From Candidatus Nomurabacteria bacterium (lineage in GTDB: Bacteria > Patescibacteriota > Saccharimonadia > Saccharimonadales > HK-STAS-PATE-42), in the NCBI GenBank assembly GCA_023898665.1, contig CP060233.1, positions 18,801 through 82,800 on the forward strand: a stretch of 64,000 nucleotides of DNA. Direction: 5' to 3'. This document shows positions 45,654 to 54,107 of the stretch, one piece after another. Made by a program: the position numbers and the translations under genes. The first letter of the stretch is position 1, and each line of letters starts with the position of its first letter. The notes beneath the pieces were generated by a model. It saw nothing but the letters and a program-made list of their open reading frames with translations, had not been told where the DNA came from and did no database searches.

Positions 45654-46349
45654 ATGTCAGAGATAAAAACAAAACTATGGTTCGCTGGTGGACCAACCTG
45701 GAGGCCATCAGCTAAGTATAGTCCTAGGAGACAACATGAGATAATAGAGAGACTTTTTGGGGCTGCAAATTCTGAAGGTCCAATTGTATTACCAGATGGC
45801 TCTAATCTTTACATTGGATATAGAAATAATGGTAAACCAGGATACAGCAATGGACATAAACCAAAAGGGAAAGGAGATGGTTTTGCATTATTTACACCTT
45901 CAAAAGGCTCAGGTAACAGAAGAATTATGATTGACACCCAAAGAATTACAATAGGCGCTGATGGGTTGCCCGGAGAAACTTATGTTGGTTTTTTGCCCCA
46001 GGCTTTTAAGATGATTCTATTACTAGGAAGACATTCCTTAAAAGAAAGTGTAGCTGGGGAGAAGTTACCGTTTCGGCCGCTTTCAGGAGACATAAAAGAA
46101 GGCGCTAGATTGCTGACTGATACTGCTCTTTGGGACGCTATAAGTGGGGATCCAGATGGCAACCCTGAACTGTGGCTTCAAGATTTTTGGGAGAGCATGG
46201 AGAGAACCCTTGGCCCTAACCTCGCAGGATTAGAGTTTCCGGACGCTGAAAAACATAACCGCGGATTTGAACAGTTAGGCTTAGAGGAAAAACCATTTGA
46301 AAGGTTTACTGTAGATATGATTGGTAGAGTTGCAGAAATAATGCGCTAA
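45654..46349 (+). CDS. Hypothetical protein (G/P/W/R-rich, atypical composition)
   Basis: 231-aa ORF with a TATAAT (45625..45630) and GGAG (45641..45644) upstream. No recognisable domain. Confidence 0.55.
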   Translation: MSEIKTKLWFAGGPTWRPSAKYSPRRQHEIIERLFGAANSEGPIVLPDGSNLYIGYRNNGKPGYSNGHKPKGKGDGFALFTPSKGSGNRRIMIDTQRITIGADGLPGETYVGFLPQAFKMILLLGRHSLKESVAGEKLPFRPLSGDIKEGARLLTDTALWDAISGDPDGNPELWLQDFWESMERTLGPNLAGLEFPDAEKHNRGFEQLGLEEKPFERFTVDMIGRVAEIMR

Positions 46350-46353
46350 GATT

Positions 46354-46383
46354 TTGACTCTTTGACCATTAATGTATTATAAT
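46354..46383 (+). promoter_or_regulatory. Promoter TTGACT-N18-TATAAT, -10 box 7 nt from the ATG of 46391..46912 (leaderless-type)
   Basis: TTGACTctttgaccattaatgtatTATAATaatagatATG. Confidence 0.5.
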
Positions 46384-46390
46384 AATAGAT

Positions 46391-46912
46391 ATGAGTGAGG
46401 TAAATAGAGTGAATGCACCAGGAGTGTGTAAGATATGTCCTTCTAGGGGACTGTGTGTTGGGAGTGTTATTCTAGAAACTAATGAGGTTGCAAGAACGAA
46501 TTCTGGACGAAGCTTCTGGGATCCTGCTTTCTCATCCATAGGAAAAGCCATAGAAATGATTGATAGGATAGGAAAAACGTCTCTTTTAGCAGAGATATAC
46601 CATGAAAACGTAAGGGTTAAACCACACAATTCAGGTAGGTCCTGGCGGAGAAAAGGCAAAGTTAAAGAAGTACCGCCCTATGAGACAGTATTCGAACCCT
46701 TTGAATACCCCCAAGACTACCCTTTGGTGATAGTCTCAGACGAGGCGGCAAAAGGTATTTTTCATAATGGAGCGGCAGTATTAAGTGAGCTAGCAGATAG
46801 AGCTGGTGAATGCGGAGGCCCAATAAGAGGTAAATGCGGAGCATTTGATCCTTCAGTTATAGATATCATTGCTACTAATCTCTCAAGCGCGGAAGAATCA
46901 GATTTAGAGTAA
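46391..46912 (+). CDS. Hypothetical protein with an N-terminal Cys cluster and an acidic C-terminus ending in Glu
   Basis: 173 aa. CKICPSRGLCV near the N-terminus, CGGPIRGKC near the C-terminus, tail ...SSAEESDLE. It lies immediately upstream of the ATP-grasp array. Confidence 0.55.
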   Translation: MSEVNRVNAPGVCKICPSRGLCVGSVILETNEVARTNSGRSFWDPAFSSIGKAIEMIDRIGKTSLLAEIYHENVRVKPHNSGRSWRRKGKVKEVPPYETVFEPFEYPQDYPLVIVSDEAAKGIFHNGAAVLSELADRAGECGGPIRGKCGAFDPSVIDIIATNLSSAEESDLE

Positions 46913-46920
46913 TTCAATCA

Positions 46921-46950
46921 TTGACTCTATACCCCTCTATATGCTAGAAT
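46921..46950 (+). promoter_or_regulatory. Promoter TTGACT-N18-TGcTAGAAT, -10 box 7 nt from the ATG of the first ATP-grasp gene (leaderless-type)
   Basis: TTGACTctatacccctctataTGcTAGAATaatagacATG. Confidence 0.55.
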
Positions 46951-46957
46951 AATAGAC

Positions 46958-47890
46958 ATGATAAGCGGTGGTAAAAAATCAAACAATAAACAAGTTCTGG
47001 TGCTTTTCCCTTTTAAGAGGGATAGGCGTCTAGATTTTGCTGGATTCGTAAAGAGCGTAAATAAGTATGCTGGGAACGACAATCTTGCAGTTCAAGGGTC
47101 TCTAAAAAACTTAATCTTCGAGATAAAAGACTCTAAATTAAAGATTACTGAGACAATGAGTAGTCGTGATATTCGTGATTTTAAAGCTATTTATGTACGA
47201 AGGCTAAAGAGTAAGACCCAAGAGAAAGTTACAGCTGTAGCAATTGCTGCAGATGCGTGGGGTATTGAGGTCATTAATTCTGAAAATACCAACTTGCAGA
47301 GCTTCTCTAAGTTAACTGAGCTAGTAGCACTAAGTATAAAAGGTTTACCGGTTCCCGATACTATCATTGCAGCACGACCAGAAGTAAAAAAGTTATTAAA
47401 AGAAAAAAAGTGGTGGCTGCCCTTCCCTCTTATTATGAAGGGTGCTAATGCAAGTGTAGGTGGCCATAACTTTTTAGTAAAAGATAAAAAAGAACTTAAA
47501 AAAATTTTAAATAGAGATGAGTACAAAGATACGATTTTTATATATCAGCAAATGGTTCCTAACGATGGAGACTATAGATTCTTAATTACTGGTGATAAAG
47601 TTGGAGTAGTTATTCATCGAAGTGCAGTTGAAGGTGACCATAGAAACAACACATCGCTTGGGGCAAAAGCTAAGTTAATACCTACTAATGACTTAAGTAG
47701 AAAAATGAAGCGAGACGCAGTAAATGCGGCTAAAGCTCTACACAGAGAGCTATGTGGAGTTGATATTTTAGTCGATAAAGAAACTGGCAAGCACTACATC
47801 TTAGAAGTAAATAAAAAAACTATGCTTGATGAAGGTACTTACATACCCCAAAAGATGAAAGCTGTTAGCAAGTTCTTTGAGGAGTTATAG
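46958..47890 (+). CDS. RimK-like ATP-grasp ligase, paralogue A
   Basis: 310 aa. ATP-grasp blocks PLIMKGANASVGGHNFLV, QQMVPNDGDYRFLITGDKV, GDHRNNTSLGAKA, LCGVDILVDKETGKHYILEVN. Confidence 0.75.
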   Translation: MISGGKKSNNKQVLVLFPFKRDRRLDFAGFVKSVNKYAGNDNLAVQGSLKNLIFEIKDSKLKITETMSSRDIRDFKAIYVRRLKSKTQEKVTAVAIAADAWGIEVINSENTNLQSFSKLTELVALSIKGLPVPDTIIAARPEVKKLLKEKKWWLPFPLIMKGANASVGGHNFLVKDKKELKKILNRDEYKDTIFIYQQMVPNDGDYRFLITGDKVGVVIHRSAVEGDHRNNTSLGAKAKLIPTNDLSRKMKRDAVNAAKALHRELCGVDILVDKETGKHYILEVNKKTMLDEGTYIPQKMKAVSKFFEEL

Positions 47891-47893
47891 CTT

Positions 47894-49285
47894 ATGAAAA
47901 ATGTTTTAATTTTATTTGGAGTTAAGCCTAAAAATCTTACAGAAAGAAACTGGGAGAGTTTTTCTAGTTTAATAAAAGAGAATTTAGATAATGAGCACAT
48001 TAAGCTTACTACTTCTGCTCTTAGTAAGTTAACTTATTACGTAAATGGAGAAGAATCTAAAGTTTTTATAAGAGAAACCAATAAGGATATTGCTGAGTTT
48101 GATTTAGTAGTTTTTGTTTATACTGGTACTAAAAGAGAATATGCTATTGCAGCTGCTCGATACTTAGAGTTTAAGAATATCCCCTTTATTGATAGGTACT
48201 TAAAACGAGCAGTGCCCTCTGGAAAGCTAGCTTGCGCTATGCAAAGAAGCTTAAAAGAAGTGGATATAGTCCCAACTTTAGGAGCAACCTCTGGTAACGG
48301 CTTATTAAACTCTCTCAAGTATTTTAATAAGTTTAATGACTTTCCTCTTGTCTTAAAAGCAGATATTGGTAGAAAAGGACAGAATAACTTTTTAGTTAAG
48401 TCTAAAGATGATTTAAGAGAAATATTAAGTAAGAATAAAGATGTTAACTTCGTATTACAACCTTATGTTGAAAATGATGGTGATTACAGGTTTTTAGTTA
48501 TGGGCTCAGAAGTTAGACTGGCCTTTAAGCGCTCCGGTGACAAGTCTAAAACTCATCTAAATAATACTTCGAGCGGAGCAAATGTTAACAAAATAGATTT
48601 AGAAAAAGTTTCAAAAGAGGTACTAAGTTTAGTAAAACGTGCTGCTGCGGTTGATAGACTCAGTGTAGCAGGAGTTGATCTAATTGAAGATAAAACTACT
48701 GGCAGGTGGATGGTTTTAGAGGTAAATATAAGCCCACAACTTATTACTGGTGAGTTTGCTAAAGAGAAGACTGAAGCATATGCAGAAATGATTAGAGAAT
48801 TGCTAGAGAAGAAATCTTATAAACCAAACAAAACAGGTTTGATAGACTTGGAAGAAGCTCAAAAAGTTGGGCGTAGAGAGTATATTGGTATTTTTGAATC
48901 TGGTGAAGTTATACGAGCTAAAGTTGATAGTGGTGCTTATTACTGCTCATTGCATGTAGGCTCAGTGGAGTTAAAAGACTCTAAACTTAAAGTTGTTTTT
49001 GATAATGGAGTTGAGAGAGAGTTTGATAAGTTTAGAAAAATCGAAGTCTCTCCTACTGGTGGCCATAGAGAAAAACGCTTTGTTGTACCGCTTGAGATTT
49101 TAATGGGGGATAAAATAATTAAGGAAGAGATAAGCTTAAGCAGTAGAACTGGATTGAGAAATAAATTTTTACTAGGTAGGAGAATATTAAAACATGGTAA
49201 CTATTTAATTGATTCCTCGAGGAGTTTTTATTTTGGAAAAGACAAAGAAGAGATTAAAATAAAGTTAAAAGAAAGGAGCAAGTAG
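47894..49285 (+). CDS. RimK-like ATP-grasp ligase, paralogue B, fused to a C-terminal retropepsin-like (RimB / 'ATP-dependent zinc protease' PF05618-like) domain
   Basis: 463 aa. ATP-grasp blocks PLVLKADIGRKGQNNFLV, QPYVENDGDYRFLVMGSEV, KTHLNNTSSGANV, VAGVDLIEDKTTGRWMVLEVN. The C-terminal approximately 130 aa carry RAKVDSGAYYCSLHV (D-S-G-A aspartic-protease-like motif). Confidence 0.75.
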   Translation: MKNVLILFGVKPKNLTERNWESFSSLIKENLDNEHIKLTTSALSKLTYYVNGEESKVFIRETNKDIAEFDLVVFVYTGTKREYAIAAARYLEFKNIPFIDRYLKRAVPSGKLACAMQRSLKEVDIVPTLGATSGNGLLNSLKYFNKFNDFPLVLKADIGRKGQNNFLVKSKDDLREILSKNKDVNFVLQPYVENDGDYRFLVMGSEVRLAFKRSGDKSKTHLNNTSSGANVNKIDLEKVSKEVLSLVKRAAAVDRLSVAGVDLIEDKTTGRWMVLEVNISPQLITGEFAKEKTEAYAEMIRELLEKKSYKPNKTGLIDLEEAQKVGRREYIGIFESGEVIRAKVDSGAYYCSLHVGSVELKDSKLKVVFDNGVEREFDKFRKIEVSPTGGHREKRFVVPLEILMGDKIIKEEISLSSRTGLRNKFLLGRRILKHGNYLIDSSRSFYFGKDKEEIKIKLKERSK

Positions 49286-49288
49286 CAT

Positions 49289-50188
49289 ATGAAGATTCTG
49301 ATTTTAGGTGGTGCAAGCTACACAAATAAAAGGCTAAGAGAAGCTGCTCGAGAGCGCGGTCACATTTGCCATATCAAAAGCTATAAAAACTGCTACCTTT
49401 CTGTTGAGTCTGGAGAAACTAAAATATTTTATAAAGGTAAAGAGTTAACCGGATATGATGCGGTAATCCCGCGTATTGCTCAAAGTTATACAAAGTACGG
49501 GACAGCTGTTTTAAGGCAGTTTGAGATGAAGGGAACTTATGTGGCGGCGTCATCTCTTGCAATAAATAGAAGCAGAAATAAGCTTAGGAGTATGCAACTT
49601 TTGGCTAAAGCAAACATTGGAGTTCCCAAAACGATTATTGCGAACTCCGATTCTGATACTGATGATATTTTGGATGCGTTTGGTAAAGGGCCTTATATTG
49701 TTAAAACTTTAAGAGGAACTCATGGGAAGGGAGTGGTCTTGGCAGAGACTAAAAAAGCTGCTAAAGCGGTGATGCAAGCTTTTTATGTTGAGAATGTTAA
49801 CTTTATGGTGCAGGAATTTATCGAAGAAAGTGCCGGGACCGACATCCGTGTTCTGGTGATCGGCGGAAGGATTTATGCCAGTATTAAAAGGCAGTCATTG
49901 GATGATGAGTTCAGAAGTAATACTCACTTAGGCGCCGAAGGTCGTAAAGTTAAGCTTACAGAAGAAGAAAAGAAGGCCGCAAAAAAAGCTGCTAAAGTTA
50001 TGGGTCTACCCATTTGTGGAGTTGATATGATGCGTTCTAATCGCGGGCCGTTAATCTTAGAAGTTAATAGTTCAGCTAGCATAATGACTCCAGAAAAAAT
50101 TACGGGAAAAGATATTGCTACTAAAATCATCAAATATGTCGAAAATAATGCTAAACGAGGTCAAAAGAAAGACCGTGTAGGAGCATAA
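49289..50188 (+). CDS. rimK: Ribosomal protein S6--L-glutamate ligase (canonical RimK)
   Basis: 299 aa, collinear with E. coli RimK as I remember it: MKILIL...KRLREAARERGH, DAVIPRI, YGTAVLRQFEMKG, RNKLRSMQLLA, GKGVVLAET, VQEFIEESAGTDIRVLVIGG, EFRSNTHLGA, ICGVDMMRSNRGPLILEVNSS. Confidence 0.88.
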   Translation: MKILILGGASYTNKRLREAARERGHICHIKSYKNCYLSVESGETKIFYKGKELTGYDAVIPRIAQSYTKYGTAVLRQFEMKGTYVAASSLAINRSRNKLRSMQLLAKANIGVPKTIIANSDSDTDDILDAFGKGPYIVKTLRGTHGKGVVLAETKKAAKAVMQAFYVENVNFMVQEFIEESAGTDIRVLVIGGRIYASIKRQSLDDEFRSNTHLGAEGRKVKLTEEEKKAAKKAAKVMGLPICGVDMMRSNRGPLILEVNSSASIMTPEKITGKDIATKIIKYVENNAKRGQKKDRVGA

Positions 50189-50191
50189 AAG

Positions 50192-50452
50192 ATGTCTTGC
50201 CACCCTTTAAGGAGATCGACTGATCAAAAAGTAATCTTACATGCTAGAGCAGAAGATCACCCGCCAGATAAAGTTGAGCTCGAGCAAAGAGTTGCAGCGC
50301 CACGAGTCCATGATAGACTCAGCCCACATGGCTCAGTTCGATTACCTAGTGGTGCTATAGTGCCAGCGACATGTCTTTCTGAGTTTATTGGGGATCAATT
50401 TGTAAGAGCGGGAGCAGAACTAGACCCAGAGAATGTCAAATTCAGTGATTAG
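50192..50452 (+). CDS. Hypothetical small protein (P/R/H-rich, more GC-rich than neighbours)
   Basis: 86-aa ORF starting 3 nt after the rimK stop and overlapping the next gene by 20 nt. No recognisable domain. That it is coding is only inferred from its tight operon fit. Confidence 0.4.
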   Translation: MSCHPLRRSTDQKVILHARAEDHPPDKVELEQRVAAPRVHDRLSPHGSVRLPSGAIVPATCLSEFIGDQFVRAGAELDPENVKFSD

Positions 50453-50984
50453 TAATTCTAAATTGATAATAGGTGATAGTAACTCTTTTTTTATTAAGCT
50501 TAAAGGCTTTGAGAATCTGTCAGTTCCTGGGTATAGAGTTAATGAAGTTTTAGATAAGCTTAAAGAATTAGATACTGGTGAAACACTAATTATTGGGGCT
50601 GGGGTAAACGACACTGCAATTATAAAAGATATTAATGATGGCAATGAAATAAACCCAGATATAGACGATTTTAAGAACACTTACAGAGAATTATTAAGCT
50701 TAGCAAAAAGAAAGTTTAAGAAGGTTATAGTTTTAGGCTTGCTAACTTCTACTGAAGAAAAGGTTAAACTCAATGGTGCAGAGATCCAATACCAAAATGA
50801 GGTAATCGTTAAGTACAATAAGTTAGTTAAAGAACTCTGTGGTAAGAATAATATTGAATTTGTTGATCTTCTTCCCTATTTTACTGGTAGAGAAGATGAA
50901 TTATTGGTTGACCACATTCATCCTAATGAAGATGGCAAAGAGATTATTTTATCTTGCCTGAGAGGTAGACTGTACGCCAAGTAA
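50433..50984 (+). CDS. SGNH/GDSL-family hydrolase
   Basis: 183 aa. Block I IIGDSNS, block III GAGVNDT, block V DHIHPN. Confidence 0.8.
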   Translation: MSNSVISNSKLIIGDSNSFFIKLKGFENLSVPGYRVNEVLDKLKELDTGETLIIGAGVNDTAIIKDINDGNEINPDIDDFKNTYRELLSLAKRKFKKVIVLGLLTSTEEKVKLNGAEIQYQNEVIVKYNKLVKELCGKNNIEFVDLLPYFTGREDELLVDHIHPNEDGKEIILSCLRGRLYAK

Positions 50985-51714
50985 GCCAAACCCAAAACAT
51001 AGTTAAATAATGTCCGAAGTATCTATTGGTTTTAACTTTAAGATAAGTATTGCTAGACTTAAGGTTTGTTATAACTTTCTCAGATTGTCTTGGAACTATC
51101 ACCAAATCTGATTTACTATAAGTTATTCTAAGCTTTGTACTTTTGGCAAAATCTAAGTTATTAATTAAATCCACTCTACTCCACTCTTTTTGTATCTGCA
51201 TAAGAGAGAAGCCCTGTTCTTCGTAACAATCTTTAAGATTCTGAGTTCTTGAGCCAAGCCAAAGCGCAGTAGAAAGTTCAGCTCCAGGACAAACAAAATC
51301 TACAAACTTAAGATTAGCGCTTTTTATTCTGTTGGCCGCGTAAGCCGCAACCCCGGTTCCTACGCTTAATCCAACGATATTAATTTCTTTGTAATTATTC
51401 TCGTTTAGAATTTGTTGGACTCTTTTTGTGGCTTCTTCACAAACTCTAATGCACTGCTCTTTGGTTTGAATCGGATCTTTAAGCAAAAGAGATCTAGGTG
51501 ATATAGAATATGTATCCCTACTTTTTGGGACTTGCTTCATGATCCATCTTTGCATTACATCCCCAGATTGCCACGGTACAAACAAAAAAGTTGCTTTAGT
51601 ATTATTAAGCTTAATTCTCTTTATTACTTTTATAGAATCTTTTGCATTGGTCGGCTTATCAAAATCTGACTTCGCCAAAAACTTTTCTAAAAAGATATCC
51701 ACCTTAAGCTTCAT
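50944..51714 (-). CDS. Alpha/beta-fold hydrolase (esterase-like)
   Basis: 256 aa. Nucleophile elbow GLSVG (NIVGLSVGTGVAAYAA). C-terminal His candidate in YFGHY. Starts 6 nt after the alaS stop, and its 3' end overlaps the SGNH gene by 41 nt. Confidence 0.65.
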   Translation of the reverse strand: MKLKVDIFLEKFLAKSDFDKPTNAKDSIKVIKRIKLNNTKATFLFVPWQSGDVMQRWIMKQVPKSRDTYSISPRSLLLKDPIQTKEQCIRVCEEATKRVQQILNENNYKEINIVGLSVGTGVAAYAANRIKSANLKFVDFVCPGAELSTALWLGSRTQNLKDCYEEQGFSLMQIQKEWSRVDLINNLDFAKSTKLRITYSKSDLVIVPRQSEKVITNLKSSNTYLKVKTNRYFGHYLTMFWVWLTWRTVYLSGKIK

Positions 51715-51720
51715 AGGTAT

Positions 51721-53610
51721 CTATACTAATGCGGCTTTTATGCGGCGGATTCCGACGGATGAGGATTCTTCTTTTAGGATTTTAAACTTTTTGCCTTCTT
51801 CGCTTAATTTTCCGGTATGCTTAACATGCGGACCTCCGCAAATCTCGCGTGAGTAATTCTCACCATCTGGATCTCCAACTGTATACACTTTAACCATCTC
51901 GCCATACTTATCCCCAAATGCCCCCATTACTCCAGAATCTAGAGCTTCTTTGGTATTTTCTTCGCGCCATGTCATTGGCCAATCTTTTTGGATCTGCTCA
52001 TTGACCATATCTTCAACTGCCTTGATTTGCTCTGGAGTCATTTTTTCTGGATGTGAGAAATCAAATCTTAATCTTTCTGGGGTTATATTAGATCCTCTTT
52101 GGATGACATGATCTCCTAAGATATTTCTGAGGGCTCTATGCATAAGATGAGTTGCAGTATGGTACTTAACAACAATATCAGAGTGGTCTTGAAGACCTCC
52201 TTTAAACTGACCGGCAGTTGCAGTGCGAGAGCGCTCGCGCTGTTCTTGCATAGAGATCTCGTATTCGTCACGCCATTTATCATTAAGCTTGTAACCGCGC
52301 AGTGCGCACTCCTCTACTGTTAATTCTTGTGGGAATCCGTAAGTATCGTAAAGCTTAAAGACATCTGCTCCGCTTAGAGAATGTTGTCTTGCAACCTTCT
52401 CAAGTTCTTTTAAGCCCTTTTGGAGAGTTTGCCTAAAGACTCTTTCTTCTTTTTCTAAAGTGGTTAGAGTATTGTCAAAGTTAGCTATAACTTCTTTATA
52501 ATCTTCTCCGTAGATTTCTCTAACAACAGGAGCAAGCTGTGATACTAGATTCTGTGATATGCCTAAATCTAGTGCAAACTTAACTGCTCTTCTTACTAAT
52601 CTTCTTAGGACGTAGCCTTGACCTGTGTTACTCGGCAAGACTCCATCGGTTGCCAACCAAACGGCAGATTTTATGTGGTCGGTTACTACTCTAAAAGCTT
52701 TGGTGTTTTCTTCATACCTTTTGCCAGTGATTAATTCAATCTGATCATTAATTGGTTTAGCAAGATCTGTTGCGGATATATCTGGGACTCCTAGTGATGC
52801 CATAGCTAAACGCTCCAGGCCTGCGCCCTGGTCAATATTTGGAGCTTTAAGCTTAACAAACTCAGATTCGCTCTCACGCTTGTAGCCCATAAATACATTG
52901 TTGCCAATTTCTGTAAATCTTGGACTTTTGCCGGCAGGATGAGCCTTGCCATACTTGATCTCATCTTCATACTCCTCTCCAAAATCAAAGAACATCTCAG
53001 AGCAAGGACCGCAAGGATCTCCAATTGGAGTGTTGAGCTCTGGTATTCCTCTGCCCCACCAATTCTCCTTACCTTCATATAAGAATATTCTTCCATCCTC
53101 AATACCTCGCCTATTACCCTCTTCCTCTGTTAAGAGTTCGATAACCTTGGCATCGATTCCTCTTTTCTTGAACTCTTCTTGCCACAGGTTAATAGCCTCA
53201 TCATCTCTTGGAATGCCTAGACTCTCATTACCAGCGTAACAAGTTACATATACCTTATTGATATCAAGCCCAATAACATCAAATAAGAATTCGCAAATCC
53301 ATGGAATCTGCTCCGCTTTAAAATAATCACCAAAGCTCCAGTTTCCTAGCATTTCAAAGCTAGTTAAGTGCTCGCTGTCCCCTACATCATCAATATCAAC
53401 AGCTCGGAAGACGACCTGAGAGTCAGAGATTCTCTTTTGGCCATTGGGATATGGTTCCCCCAAGAGATATGGAACCATTGGCTGCATACCAGATCCAGTA
53501 AATAAAGTTGTTGGATCATCTTGTGGCACTAAAGAAGCTCTCGGAACAATTAGATGTCCTCTTTCTTCAAAAAATTTTAGATAAGCTCTGCGGATTTCCC
53601 TTGCTGTCAT
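51721..53610 (-). CDS. alaS: Alanyl-tRNA synthetase, short form lacking the C-terminal C-Ala domain
   Basis: 629 aa. Class II AlaRS N-terminus (IRRAYLKFFEERGH, FTGSGMQPMVPYL) and editing-domain ligands HTATHLMHRAL and CGGPHV. It ends ...VGIRRIKAALV, where full-length bacterial AlaRS continues for about 200 more aa. Confidence 0.92.
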   Translation of the reverse strand: MTAREIRRAYLKFFEERGHLIVPRASLVPQDDPTTLFTGSGMQPMVPYLLGEPYPNGQKRISDSQVVFRAVDIDDVGDSEHLTSFEMLGNWSFGDYFKAEQIPWICEFLFDVIGLDINKVYVTCYAGNESLGIPRDDEAINLWQEEFKKRGIDAKVIELLTEEEGNRRGIEDGRIFLYEGKENWWGRGIPELNTPIGDPCGPCSEMFFDFGEEYEDEIKYGKAHPAGKSPRFTEIGNNVFMGYKRESESEFVKLKAPNIDQGAGLERLAMASLGVPDISATDLAKPINDQIELITGKRYEENTKAFRVVTDHIKSAVWLATDGVLPSNTGQGYVLRRLVRRAVKFALDLGISQNLVSQLAPVVREIYGEDYKEVIANFDNTLTTLEKEERVFRQTLQKGLKELEKVARQHSLSGADVFKLYDTYGFPQELTVEECALRGYKLNDKWRDEYEISMQEQRERSRTATAGQFKGGLQDHSDIVVKYHTATHLMHRALRNILGDHVIQRGSNITPERLRFDFSHPEKMTPEQIKAVEDMVNEQIQKDWPMTWREENTKEALDSGVMGAFGDKYGEMVKVYTVGDPDGENYSREICGGPHVKHTGKLSEEGKKFKILKEESSSVGIRRIKAALV

Positions 53611-53618
53611 TATTACAC

Positions 53619-53627
53619 ATTATAACA
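53619..53627 (-). promoter_or_regulatory. Extended -10 box TGtTATAAT, 8 nt from the alaS ATG
   Basis: The minus strand reads ctcTGtTATAATgtgtaataATG. Confidence 0.5.
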
Positions 53628-53647
53628 GAGCTAGGGGAAGATTTGAA

Positions 53648-54076
53648 TTGACCGTAAAGATCAAAGAGTTGTATTTTTTAAGAGTGAACTCTACTCATCA
53701 ACTTAATGGCTTTGGCACTAGTGCTAGAAATGCATCTAGTCAATTTAATATAGTTTGTATAGCCGAGCACGGAACTACAATTGTGCGTGCAGTCGAGATT
53801 TCTAGTGATGCTAGATTTGTTAGCATTCCCAATAAGACTCAAACTGAGTTAGGTCACTCTGCTTGCATTTTAATGACCTGTCCAGGTTGTGGTAGTAAAG
53901 AAATTAAAATAAGCCCAGCGGAAGTTGAGTACCTAGCAACTGTAGCCGGGTTCAGGATAATTACTACACCAGAGACATTTGGGCTAAAGCTTGGCAATCC
54001 TATTGATACTGATGAAATCATAGGAGTTGTTGGGTCAATCTCTGATTTAGAAAACATAGAACCCTTTATGGATTGA
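53648..54076 (+). CDS. Hypothetical CPxC protein, paralogue 1 (start codon uncertain; the track start is TTG)
   Basis: 142 aa. ..ILMTCPGCGSKEI.. then ..GNPIDTDEIIGVVGSISDLE. Resembles the next ORF. Confidence 0.45.
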   Translation: MTVKIKELYFLRVNSTHQLNGFGTSARNASSQFNIVCIAEHGTTIVRAVEISSDARFVSIPNKTQTELGHSACILMTCPGCGSKEIKISPAEVEYLATVAGFRIITTPETFGLKLGNPIDTDEIIGVVGSISDLENIEPFMD

Positions 54077-54101
54077 CTTTTCAAAGCGTTTATGATAATA
54101 T
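54073..54101 (+). promoter_or_regulatory. Promoter TTGACT-N17-TGaTAATAT, -10 box 6 nt from the ATG of 54108..54497 (leaderless-type)
   Basis: TTGACTtttcaaagcgtttaTGaTAATATctaagtATG. Confidence 0.55.
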
Positions 54102-54107
54102 CTAAGT

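Noticed and set aside
46369-46659. 96-aa minus-strand ORF overlapping the 173-aa Cys-cluster gene
   Set aside because: The plus-strand ORF is longer, has a TTGACT-N18-TATAAT promoter 7 nt from its ATG, and fits the operon direction. The antisense ORF has no such support. Neither ORF has a family match, so this call is not certain.
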